From the NCBI RefSeq assembly GCF_009914755.1, contig NC_060943.1: a DNA stretch of 64,000 nucleotides. One strand, written 5' to 3'. The stretch comes from the human T2T-CHM13v2.0 reference genome, Homo sapiens. Below, in pieces: positions 45,846 through 64,000 of this stretch. The position numbers and the translations under genes are program-made. Under the pieces are notes generated by a model. That model was not told the origin of the DNA, ran no database searches, and worked only from the letters and a program-made list of their open reading frames with translations. The stretch's first letter is position 1; each line of letters starts with the position of its first letter.

Positions 45846-46436
45846 TGTTAGAAATGCTCATTCCTTTGTGCTGAAAAGAAGAACTAGTGCTCAAAGAATG
45901 TTCTCAGCAAAGCAATTTTACTTTCTGCAGAAAGGGTGCTGTCCATCAGCAATCCTGCCACGAGAGCACAATGAACAAAGAAGGACAAGAATATGTATCC
46001 CTTATGCATTGGGTCCTTACTACTGTGTCCTATCTCCATTGGTGGGAGCTGGACCTCACAGTCTAAACTAAACCCGATTGACTAACAACTTAAACTTTCC
46101 TAAATAGGTAAAGGTAATGGAGAACAAAAGGAAAAGAGGAAGTTGCTTGCAAAAGAACTTAGAAAAGTAATATTTCCAAATAAGGAAGGGGCATAAGCTG
46201 TGAGATGGAACATGCTTGAGCGTGTCTAGAACAAATATCTTGGTTAAAGTACGAAGACATAGAATGTACTTATTCCCTCATGTCCAACAGCTACATAGGA
46301 TAGGGTTTAATAAAGAGTTCTTAGTATTAAAGCAAGGAGGCTTGAAGGAAGTTAGTTTTTAAAAGAAACTATTATTTCTAACATTTGTTATTTAACAAGA
46401 AGGGAAACTTTGAAGAGGAACTTTCCACTTTCCACA
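45846..46436 (-). mobile_element. Solo LTR, LTR10 family (HERV-I group, ERV1), 591 bp
   Basis: TG...CA termini. 5-bp TSD CTGGG at 45841-45845 and 46437-46441. Removing the element restores an exact 35-bp HSAT4 unit. Resembles the recalled LTR10 consensus in reverse (TGTTAGAAATGCT...CTTTGAAGAGGAAC). A CCAAT box and an AGTAAA poly(A)-like signal lie on the minus strand. Subfamily not determined. Confidence 0.82.
46208..46227. promoter_or_regulatory. Candidate p53 response element inside the LTR10
   Basis: GAACATGCTT-GAGCGTGTCT matches RRRCWWGYYY x2 with zero spacer at 19/20 positions. LTR10 elements are established carriers of p53 sites. Function here is untested. Confidence 0.55.
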
Positions 46437-47062
46437 CTGGGGTTGGTGGAAAGTCTCTTCCATTGGAATGCATGGGGTTTCCCAGGTGTATCTATCATTA
46501 GACTGCCTTTGGTCTGCCTTGAGTCTCATCTGTTTGAATGCTTGGGGTCACCGAGGTGTCTCCATCATTAGAGTGCCTGGCCTTGGTCAGGAGTCTCTCC
46601 CATTAGAACGCCTGGTGTCAGCTGTGAGTCTCCTATTATGATGCCTGCAATTTCCCAGTGTCTCTATCATTAGACTGCCCAGGGTCAAGCAGAAGTTCCT
46701 TCCATTAGAATGCCTGGGTTCTCCCAGGTGTCTCTGTCATTAGGCCACTTGGGGTTGGCTAGGAGTCTCTCCTATGAATATGCCTGAAGCTGCCCATGTG
46801 TCTCTATCATTAGTCTGCCTGCGGTCAGACAGGAGTCTCCATATTAGAATTACTGGAGTCAGCCATGTGTCTGTATCATTAGAGTGCCTGCATTCGGCAA
46901 GAAATCTTTCTATTTAGAATGCCTGGGGTCAGCCTATTTAGAAATCTTTCTATTTAGAATGCCTGGTCTCTGCCATAATGATGCCTTGGGTCACCCAGGT
47001 GTCTCTATCATTAAAATGCCTGTGATCAGCTGGGAGTCTCTCCCGTTAGAATGCCTGGGGTT

Positions 47063-47139
47063 CCCAGGAAGCAGAGCTTGCAGTGAGCCAAGATCACACC
47101 ACTGCACTCCAGTCTGGGTGACAGAGCAAGGCTCCATCT

Positions 47140-47170
<31 letters not shown>
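47063..47170 (+). mobile_element. 5'-truncated AluY 3' end (~78 bp) with A tail
   Basis: CCCAGGAAGCAGAGCTTGCAGTGAGCC...CCATCTC followed by an A-run at 47141-47171. TSD AGAATGCCTGG(G/A)GTT at 47048-47062 and 47171-47185. Confidence 0.9.
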
Positions 47171-47173
<3 letters not shown>

Positions 47174-47265
47174 ATGCCTGGAGTTGCCAAGGCATTTCTA
47201 TTCTTAGACTGCCCAGGGTCTGCCAGGAGTCTCTTTAATTAGAATGCCTGAAGTCAGCCAGGAGT

Positions 47266-50200
47266 ATTTTCACAGATAGCTTGTTTCTAGTTTTTATTGT
47301 TTGATATTCTGTTTTTCACTATAGGCCTCAATTGGCTCACAAATATCCCTTTGTAGATTCTACAAAAAAAGTGTTTTCAACCTGGTGAATTGAAAAATAG
47401 GTTACATTCTTTGATATGAATCCATAACTTAGCATTTTCACAGATAACTTTTTCTAGTTACTATCATGAAATATTCGGTTTTTCACTGTAGTCCTCAATG
47501 GGAAAGAAATGTTGATTAACAGATTCTTAAAAAAGGGTGTTTCCAACCTGTTGAATCAAAACAAAAGTTGAAGTCTGTGAGATGACTCCACATATCTTCA
47601 AAACATCATGACAGATAGCCTGTTTTTCATTCTTATCTCTAGATATGACTCCACACATCACAAAACATCCTCACAGATAGCCTGTTTTTCTTTCTTATCA
47701 CTAGATATTTTGTCTTTCACCATAGGCCTCAATAACCTCGGAAATGTCCCATTGTAGATTCTACAAAAGATTGTTTGAAACCTGGTGAATCAAAACACAG
47801 ATGTAATACCATGAGCTGTATCCACATATCACAAACCATTTTCACAGATAGTTTGTTTCTACATTTTACCACAGAATATTCGATTTTTCTCTATAGACCT
47901 CATTAGGCTAAGAAATGTCTCCTCATAGATTGTGCAAAAACAGCATTTACAAGCTGAAGAATCAAAACAAAGATTGAACTCTGTGAGATAAATCCACACA
48001 TCCCAAAGTATTTTCAAAGATAGTTTGTTTTAAATTTTTATTGCAGGATATCTGGTTTTTCACTATAGGCCTCAGTGGGCTCAAAACTGTCCCTTTGCAA
48101 ATTCTACAAAAAGAGTGTTACCAACCTGGTGAATCAAAACACCGGTTGTTTCAGTGAGATGAATCCACAAATCATTAAGGATTTTCACACATAGCTTGTT
48201 TCTAGTTTTTACCTTGGGATATTTGGCTTTTTACTATAGGATTTGCTGGGCTCAGAAATGTACCTTCATAGATTCTACAAAACGATTGTTTCCAACTCGT
48301 GAATCAAAACACAGGTTCTGTTCATGAGATAAATTCACAGATCATAAAGCATTTTCACAGATATCTTGTTTCAAATTTTTATGGTGAAATGTTTGTTTAT
48401 TCACTATAGGACTCAATGGGCTCAGAAATGTTTCCTCGTTGAGTCTACAAAAAGATTGTCTTCAACCTGTTGAATCAAAGCAAAGGTTTAACACTTTGAG
48501 ATGAATCTGCATGTCAAAAGCTTTTTCAAAGATAGATTTTTTTATAGTTTTTATCCCAGGATATTTGGTTTTCCACAATGGGTCTCAATGGGCTCAGAAA
48601 TGTCCCTTTGCAGATTCTACAAAAAGAGTGTTTCCAAAGTGGCCAATCAAAACATAGGTTTAAATAAGTTAGATAAATCTATATATCACAAAGCATTCTC
48701 ATAGATAGCTTGTTTATACTTTTATCATGAAATATTTCTTTTTTTACTGTAGGGCTCAATGGGCTGTTTAACAACAGGTCTCTAAGGCCTCAAAAATTTC
48801 CCTTAGTAGATTTCACTAAAATCTACTCCCAGCTGTCCCTTAGTAGATTTTACTAAAAAAGCATTTTCAACCTTTTGAATTATAACAAAGGTTTAATCCT
48901 GTGAAATGAATCCACACATCGAAAAGCATTTTCACAGATAGCTAGTTCCTAGTTTCATTGTGGGATAGGTAGTTCCTAGTTTCATTTGTCTTTCAGTATA
49001 GGCCTCAATGGGTTCAGAAATTTGCCTTCATAGATTCCACAAAAAGAATGTTTTTAACTTGGTGAATTAAAACACAGGTTATAATTGGTGAGATGAATCC
49101 ACACATGACTAAGGATTTTTGAAGATGGCTTGTTTCTGGTTTCTACCTTGGGATATTTGGTTTTTCAATATCAGCCTCACCGGGCTCAAAAATATCCATT
49201 AATAGATCAAAAAAAAAAAAAGAAATTTCCCTTCGTAGATTCCACAAAAAGAGTGTTTTAACCTGGTGAATTAAAACACATGTTCTAATTTGTAAGATGA
49301 ATCCACACATGACTAAGGATTTTTGCAGATAGCTTGATAGCTTGTTTGTGGTTTCTACCTTGGGATATTTGATTTTTCAATATCAGCCTCACTGGGCTCA
49401 AAGATATACATTCGTAGATCAAAAAAAAAAAAAAAAAAAAAAGAGTGTTTCCAACCTGGTGCCTCAAAACAAAGCTTTATCTTTGTGAGATAAATACACA
49501 TATCAAAAACATTTTCACAGACAGCTTGCTTCAAGTATTTGTTGCGGGATATATGGTTTTTCAATATAGGCCTCAGTGGGCTCAGAAATGTACCTTTCTA
49601 GATTCTACAATAAGAGTATTTAAAACCTGTTGAATCAAAACACAGGTTTAAATTTGTTAGGCAAATGCCCATATTAAAAAGCACTTTCACAGACAGCTTG
49701 CTTTAAGTTTTTATCACATGATATTTGGTTTTTTATTATTGGCTTCAATATGCTCAAAAATATTCCTTCATAGATTGTACAAAAAAAGTGTTTCCAACCA
49801 GGTGTATCAAAACAGAGGTTCCATTGGGTGATATGAATCCACACTTTGCAAAGTGTTTTTCCTGATAGCTTGTTTCCATGTTCCTTCATAGTTTCCACAA
49901 AAAGAGTGATTACAAACTTTTGAATCAAAACAAAGTTTTAGCCCTGTGACATGAATCCACACATGGCAAAGCATTTTCAAAGATAGTTTCTTTCAAATTT
50001 TTATTGCAAAATATTCGGTTCTTCACTATTTGACTCAATGGACTGAGAAATGTCCCTTCATAGATTCTACAAAGAGAATGTTTCCAACCTTTTGAATCAA
50101 AACAAAAGTTTAACTGTGTGAGATGAATCCACATATTGAAAAGCATTTTCACAGCATGTTTCTAGCTTTTATCACAAAATATTCGTGTTTTTACTATAGG

Positions 50201-53200
50201 CCTCAATGGGCTCAGAAATCTCCCTTCGTATAGTAAAAAAAAAGTTTTTCCAACCTGGTGATTCAAACACATGTTTCCTTGGGTGAGATGAATCCACACA
50301 TCACAAAGCACTTTCACAGATAGCTTGTTTCTAGTATTTCTCAGAGTGTATTCAGTTTTACACCACAGACCTCAATAGGCTCAGAAATACCCCTTCAGAG
50401 ATTCTACAAAAAGAGGGTTTCCAACCTGCTGAATTCAAAGAAAGGTTTCACTCTGTGAGATGAATCCACACATCACAAAGCAGTTTCACAGATAGCTTCT
50501 TTCTAGTTTTTAATCACAGGATATTTGGTTTTTCACTATAGGCCTCAATGGGCTCTGAAATGTCCGTTCATAGTTTCTACAAAAACAGTGTTTCAAACCT
50601 GTAGAATCAAAACAAAGTTTTGATGATGTGAGATGAATCCACACATCACAAAGCCTTTTCACAGATAGCTTGTTTCTATTTTTTATCACCAGATATTCCC
50701 TCTAGGCCTTAATCAGCTCAGAAAGGTTTTCTCAGAGATTCTATAAAAGGAGTGTTTCCTACCTGTTGAATTAAAACAAAGTTTTAACTATGTGAGATAA
50801 ATCCACATATTGTAAAGCATTATTACAGATAGCTTGTTTCTAGCTTTTATCTCAGGATATTTGGTTTTTCACAATAAGCCTCAGTGGGCTCATAAATCTT
50901 CCTTTGTAGATTCTACAAAAAACAGTTTCCAACCTAGTGAACTAAAACAAAGGTTTAACTTTGTGAAATGGATCTATATATCATGAAGCATTTTCATAGA
51001 TATCTTTCTCCTAGTTTTTATCATGGGATATTTGGTTTTTCACTAAAAGCCTCAATGGGCTCAGAAATGTCCTTTTGTAGATTGTACAAAAAGAGTTTTT
51101 CCAACCTGTTGAATCAAAACACAGGTTTAAGTCTGTGAGATAAATCCACACATTGCAAAATATTTTCACAGACAGGTTGTTTGTAGTTTTTATTTGCGGA
51201 CTTTTTTTTTTAACTGTAGGCCTAAATGGGCTTAGAAATGTTTTTTTTTCATAGATTCTGCAAAAAGAGTTTTTGCAGCCTGTTGAATGAAAAAAGTTTT
51301 AAATCTGTGACATAAATCCACACATTTCAAAGCATTTTACAGGTAGCTTGTTACTGGTTTTTATCATGGGAAATTCAGTTTTTCACTACATGCCTTTATG
51401 GGCTAAGAAATGTTTCTTCTTCATTTCCACAGAAATAGTGTTAACGACCTGGTGAATCAAAATACAGTTTCCACTCGATGAGATGAATCTACACATAACA
51501 AATCATTTTCACAGATAGCTTGTTTCTAGTTTTTTTTTTTTTTTATCAGATATTCGGTTTTTCACTATAAGCCTCAATGGGCTCAGAAATGTCTCTTCAT
51601 AGATTCTACAAAAAGAGTGTTTCCAACCTGGTGAATCAAAACACAGGTCTCATTCAGTGAGATGAATTCATACATCACAAAGCATTTTCACACATAGCTT
51701 ATTTTTGGTTTTCATCACAAAATATTTTGTCTTTCACTATATACTTTAAAGTGTTCAGAAATGTCCCATTTTAGATTCTACCAAAGAAGTGTTTCCAACA
51801 TTTTGAACCAAAACAAACATTTATCTTCCTGAGATGAATCCACATATTGCAAAACATTTTCACAGATAGTTTAATAACAGTTTTCATCTCGGGATATTCT
51901 GTTTTTCACTCTAAGCTTCAATGGGTTCAGAAATGTCCCTTTGTAAATTCTACAAAAAGAGTATTTTCAAGGTTTTCAGTAAACACAAAGGTTTAACTCT
52001 GTGAGATGAATCCCAACTTTGCATAGCATTTTCACAAATAGCTTATTTCTTGTTTTTATCACAAGACTTTCAGTTTTTTACTATTGGCATCAATGGGCTC
52101 AGAAATGTCCCTTTGTAGCTTCTATAAAGAGGGCTTCCAACCTGTTGAAAAAAAAGTTTAACTCTGTGAAATAAATCCACACATCAATAAGCGTTTTCAT
52201 GGATATTTTGTTTCTAGTTTCTATCATGGGATATTTGATTTATCACAATAGACCTCAATCAGCTGAGAAATGTCCCCGCCTAGTTTCGACAATAAGAGTA
52301 TTTTTAACAGGTTGAATTAAAACAAAGGTTTAACGCTGTGAGATGAATTTACACATCACAAAGCATTTTCACAGATAGCTTCTTCCTAGTTTCTATTTTG
52401 TGATATTCAGTTTCTCACTACAGGCCTCAGTGGGTTAAGGAATGTCACTTTGTTGTTTCCAGAGAAAGAGTGTTTTTAACCCCTTGAATCAAAGCGAAGG
52501 TTTAACTCTGTGAGATGAATCTACAAATCAGAAAGGGTTTTCACACGTAGCTTGTTTCTAGTTTTTATCCGGGGATATTTGGTTTTTCACAATAGGCCTC
52601 AACGAACTCAGAAATGTCCCTTTGTAGATTCTACAAGAAGAGGACTTCTAATTTGGTAAATCCAAACTCAGGTTCCATTTGGTGAGATGCATTTACACAT
52701 CACAAAACATTTTCACAGATATCTTGTTTCTAGTTTTTATCATGGCATATTCGGTTTTATATTGTAGGCCTCAATAGACTCAGAAATATTTTTTCACAGA
52801 TTCTACAGAAAAAGTGTTTACTAACTGTTGAATTAAAACAAAGGTTCAACACTGTGAGATGGATCTGCACATGGCAAAACATTTTTACAGTTAGCTTGTT
52901 TCTAATTTTTAATGAGGAATATTCAGTTTTTCACTGTAGGCCTCAAAGGACTCAGAAATATCCCTTCGTGAATTCTACAAAAAAAGGGTTTCCAATCTGG
53001 TGAATAAAAATAACAGTGTGACTTGGTGAGGTAAATGCACACATCAAAAAGTATTTTTGCAGATAGCTTGTTCCCACTTTTCATCACAGGATATTTGGAT
53101 TTTCCTGTAGGCCTCATTGCGCTCAGAAATGTCCCTTTATAGAGTGTACAATAAAAGTGTTTCCAGCCTGATGAATCAAAACACAGGTTCCATTCAGTGA

Positions 53201-56196
53201 CATGAATCTACACATCAGAAAGTATTTTCACCAATAATTTGTTTCTAGTTTTCATTGCAAAATATTCTGTTTTTCAGTACTGGCATCAATGGTCTCAAAA
53301 ATGTCCCTTCATTGATCCTACAAAAAAAGTGTTTCCAATCTGGTGAATCAAAACCATGGTTTAACTCTTTTAGATAAATCCATGCATCACAAAGCATTTT
53401 TACAAATAGCTTGTTTCTCTTTTTTATTGTGTGATATTCAGTTTTTTACTCTTGGCCTCAATCTTCTTAGAAATTCTCCTTTGTGTTTTCTATAAAAAAC
53501 TGGTTCCAATGTCGTTATTCAAAACACAGGAGCCAATCTGTGAGATGAATGCTCACATCATGAAACATTTTCACAGAGAGAGTTTCTTCCTAGTTTTCCA
53601 TATGGAGTATTAAGATTTTCACTCTTGTCCTTAGTGGGCTCAGAAATGTCCCTTCCTATATTCTACAAAAAAAAGTGTAGCCAACATGTTGAATCAAAAA
53701 AGAGCTTAAGCTCTGTGAGATGAATATGCACACCACAAAGCATATTCAGAGGTAGTATATTTTTAGTTTTTGCCATGGGTATTCAGGTTTTCACTATAGG
53801 CCTTCATGGGTTCAGAAATGTCCCTTCATAGATTCTACAAGAAGAGTGTTTCCAACCTAGTGAATCCAAAAGTGGCTTAAATCTGTGAGAATAATATATA
53901 TATGGAAAAGCATTTTCACAGACAGCTTGTTTCTAGTTTTTATCATGGGATATTCAGTTTTTCTGTATAGGCCTCAATGGGTTCAGAAATATTTCCTCAT
54001 GGATTCTATAGGAAGAATGTTTCCAAACTGTTGAATTAAAAGAAAGGTTTAAGTCTGTGAGATTAATTGATGCATCAGAATTCATTTTCACAGATAGCTT
54101 GTTTCCACTTTTTATCATAAGAAATTCAGTTTTTCAATATTGGCCTCAATTGGCTCAGAAATATTTTCTCTTACATTCCACAGGAAGCATGTTTCCAACC
54201 TGATGAATAAAAATACAAGTTCCATTCCTTGAAATAAATCCACACTTCAGAAAGCATTTTCACAGAGGGCTTGTTTCTAGTGTTTATCACAAGACATTCA
54301 GTTTTTCACTATAGGCCAAAATGGGCTCAGAAATGTTTCTTCATAGAGTCTACAAAAAGAGTGCTTCTAATCTGTTGAATTAAAACACCGGTTCCATTCG
54401 GTGTGATGAACTTGCACATCACAAAGCAGTTTGGCAGATATCTTGTTTCTAGTTTTTATTGCAGGACATTTGGGTTTTTTAATAGGCTTCAATGTGCTTA
54501 GAAATGTCCCTTTGTAGATTCTACAAAAAGAGTGTTTCAAGCCTGGTGAATCAAAACATGAGTTCCATTCGGTGAGATGAATGCACATCAGAAAGTATTT
54601 TCCCAGATACCTTGTTTTTAGTTTTCATCGTGGTTCCAACTGGTTGAATCAAGAAAGAGGTTTAACTCTGTGAGATTAATCCACACGTCACCAAGCATTT
54701 TCACAGATAGCTTGTTTAGAGATTGTGTAGCAGAATATTTGATTTTTTTCCTATAGTCCTCAATGCGGTAAGAAATTGTCCCTTTGTAGATTCTACAAAA
54801 AGAGTGTTTCCAACCAGATAAGTCAAAACACAGGTTTTATTCATTGAGATGAATCCACACGTCTGAAAGCATATTCACAGATATTTTGTTTCTAGTTTTT
54901 ATCACAAAATATTTTGTTTTTTACTATAGGCATTTATGACCTCAATAATGTCCCTTCATGGGTTCTACAAAAAGTGTTTCTAACTTGTTGAATCAAAACG
55001 AAGGTTTAACTCTGTGAAATGAATCTACACACAAATCCTTTTCACAGATAGCTTGTTTCTAGTTTATATCATGGGATATTTGGTTTTTCACTATAGCCCT
55101 CCACGGGCTCAGGATTGTCCCTTAGTAGAATCCACAAAAAAGTGTTTCCAACTTTTTGAATCAAAAAAAGGTTTGACTCTGTGAGATGATTTCACACATC
55201 GTAAAGCATTTTCACAGGTAGCTTATTTCTAGTTTTTATCGCAGGTATTCTGTTTTTCACTATGGGCCTCAATGGGCTCAGAAATATTCCTTCATAGATT
55301 CTACAAAAAGAGCATTTCCAACCAGGTGAATCAAAACAATGGTTTAAGTCTTTTAGATGAATCCACATATCCCAAATAATTTTCACTAATAGCTCATTAC
55401 TGGTTTTTAATCATGAAATATTCATATTCATTTTTTCACTATAGGCCTGAATTTGCTCAGAAATTTTTTTTTGTGGATTTGATTGCAAAGTGTTTCCAAC
55501 CTCATGAATCAAAACACAAAATCCTATGGGCCTCAATGAGCTCAGAAATGTCCCTTTGTAGATTCTACAAAAAGAGTGTTTCCAACCAGGTGAATCAAAA
55601 CAATGGTTTAAGACTTTTAGATGAATCCATACATGGCAAAGCATTTTTACAGATAGCTTGTTTCTAGTTTTTATCAGGGGATATTCAGTTTTTTACTAAA
55701 GGACTCAATGGGTTCAGAAATGTGCCTTCATAGATCCTACAAGAACAGTATTTCCAATCTGGTGAATTAAAACACACGTTCCCCTCCGTGAGTTGAATCT
55801 ACGTATCTCAAATCATATTCACTGATAACTTGTCTCTAGTTTTTATCACAGGAGATTTTATTTTTTACTGTAGGCCTCCATGACCTGAGTAATGACCCCT
55901 CATAGAGTCTACAGAAGAGTCTTTCCCACCTGTGAATCAAAACGAAGGTTTAACTCTAATTCACACATGGCAAAGCATTTTCACAGATTGCTTGTTTCTA
56001 GTTATTAGCACAAGAAATTTTGTTTTTCACTATTGGCCTCCATGCACTCAGAAATGTTTTTTCATAGATTCTTCAAAAAGAGTGTTAACCTTTTAAATTA
56101 AAAAAAAAAGTTTTGTCTCTGTGAGATTATTCCACACATCACAAAGCATTTTCACAGTTAGCTTTTTTAACCATAGGCCTCAAAGAACCCAGAAAT

Positions 56197-56198
<2 letters not shown>
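47266..56198 (-). repeat. Alpha satellite block C: inverted, a third ancient monomer class
   Basis: Plus strand reads as reverse-complement monomers (GAATCCACACATCACAAAGCATTTTCACAGATAGCTTGTTTCTAGTTTTTATC...GGCCTCAATGGGCTCAGAAATGTCCC). In sense orientation the diagnostics AAACAAGCTATC, GTGAAAATGC and CATTTCTGAGCCC differ from blocks A and B. Confidence 0.96.

Positions 56199-64000
<7,802 letters not shown>

Larger units (their letters stand above)
33007..47265 (+). repeat. HSAT4-type satellite, central block (contains two Alus and a solo LTR)
   Basis: Same 35/70-bp units as 20531-24119. The register is continuous across the provirus once one TSD is removed. Confidence 0.88.

Overview
Primate (almost certainly human) pericentromeric heterochromatin with no host genes. 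It contains three blocks of old, divergent, ~172-bp alpha satellite in which I found no CENP-B box: 1-9109 (+), 9348-20530 (+, a different monomer class) and 47266-56198 (-, a third class). These are interleaved with a 35/70-bp HSAT4-type satellite (20531-47265 and 56197-64000, both +). A type-2 HERV-K(HML-2) provirus sits on the minus strand at 24120-33006. Its gag, env and rec frames are open, pro carries a +1 frameshift, and pol is split by a young AluYa-lineage insertion. Its 3' LTR is 995 bp with a 27-bp U3 duplication. Its 5' LTR is reduced to a 23-bp self-complementary remnant, yet a perfect 6-bp target-site duplication still flanks the provirus. From memory this matches HERV-K(C19)/ERVK-19 at 19q11, which I could not verify. 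Other elements are four Alus inserted at the same register of the HSAT4 unit, a solo LTR10-family LTR with a near-consensus p53 element pointing toward the promoterless provirus, and a MER11D-like LTR fragment at the junction of two alpha-satellite layers. I found no convincing wholly new gene system. The most notable signals are the structure of the provirus 5' end, a possible surrogate promoter, and hidden higher-order periodicity in both satellites.
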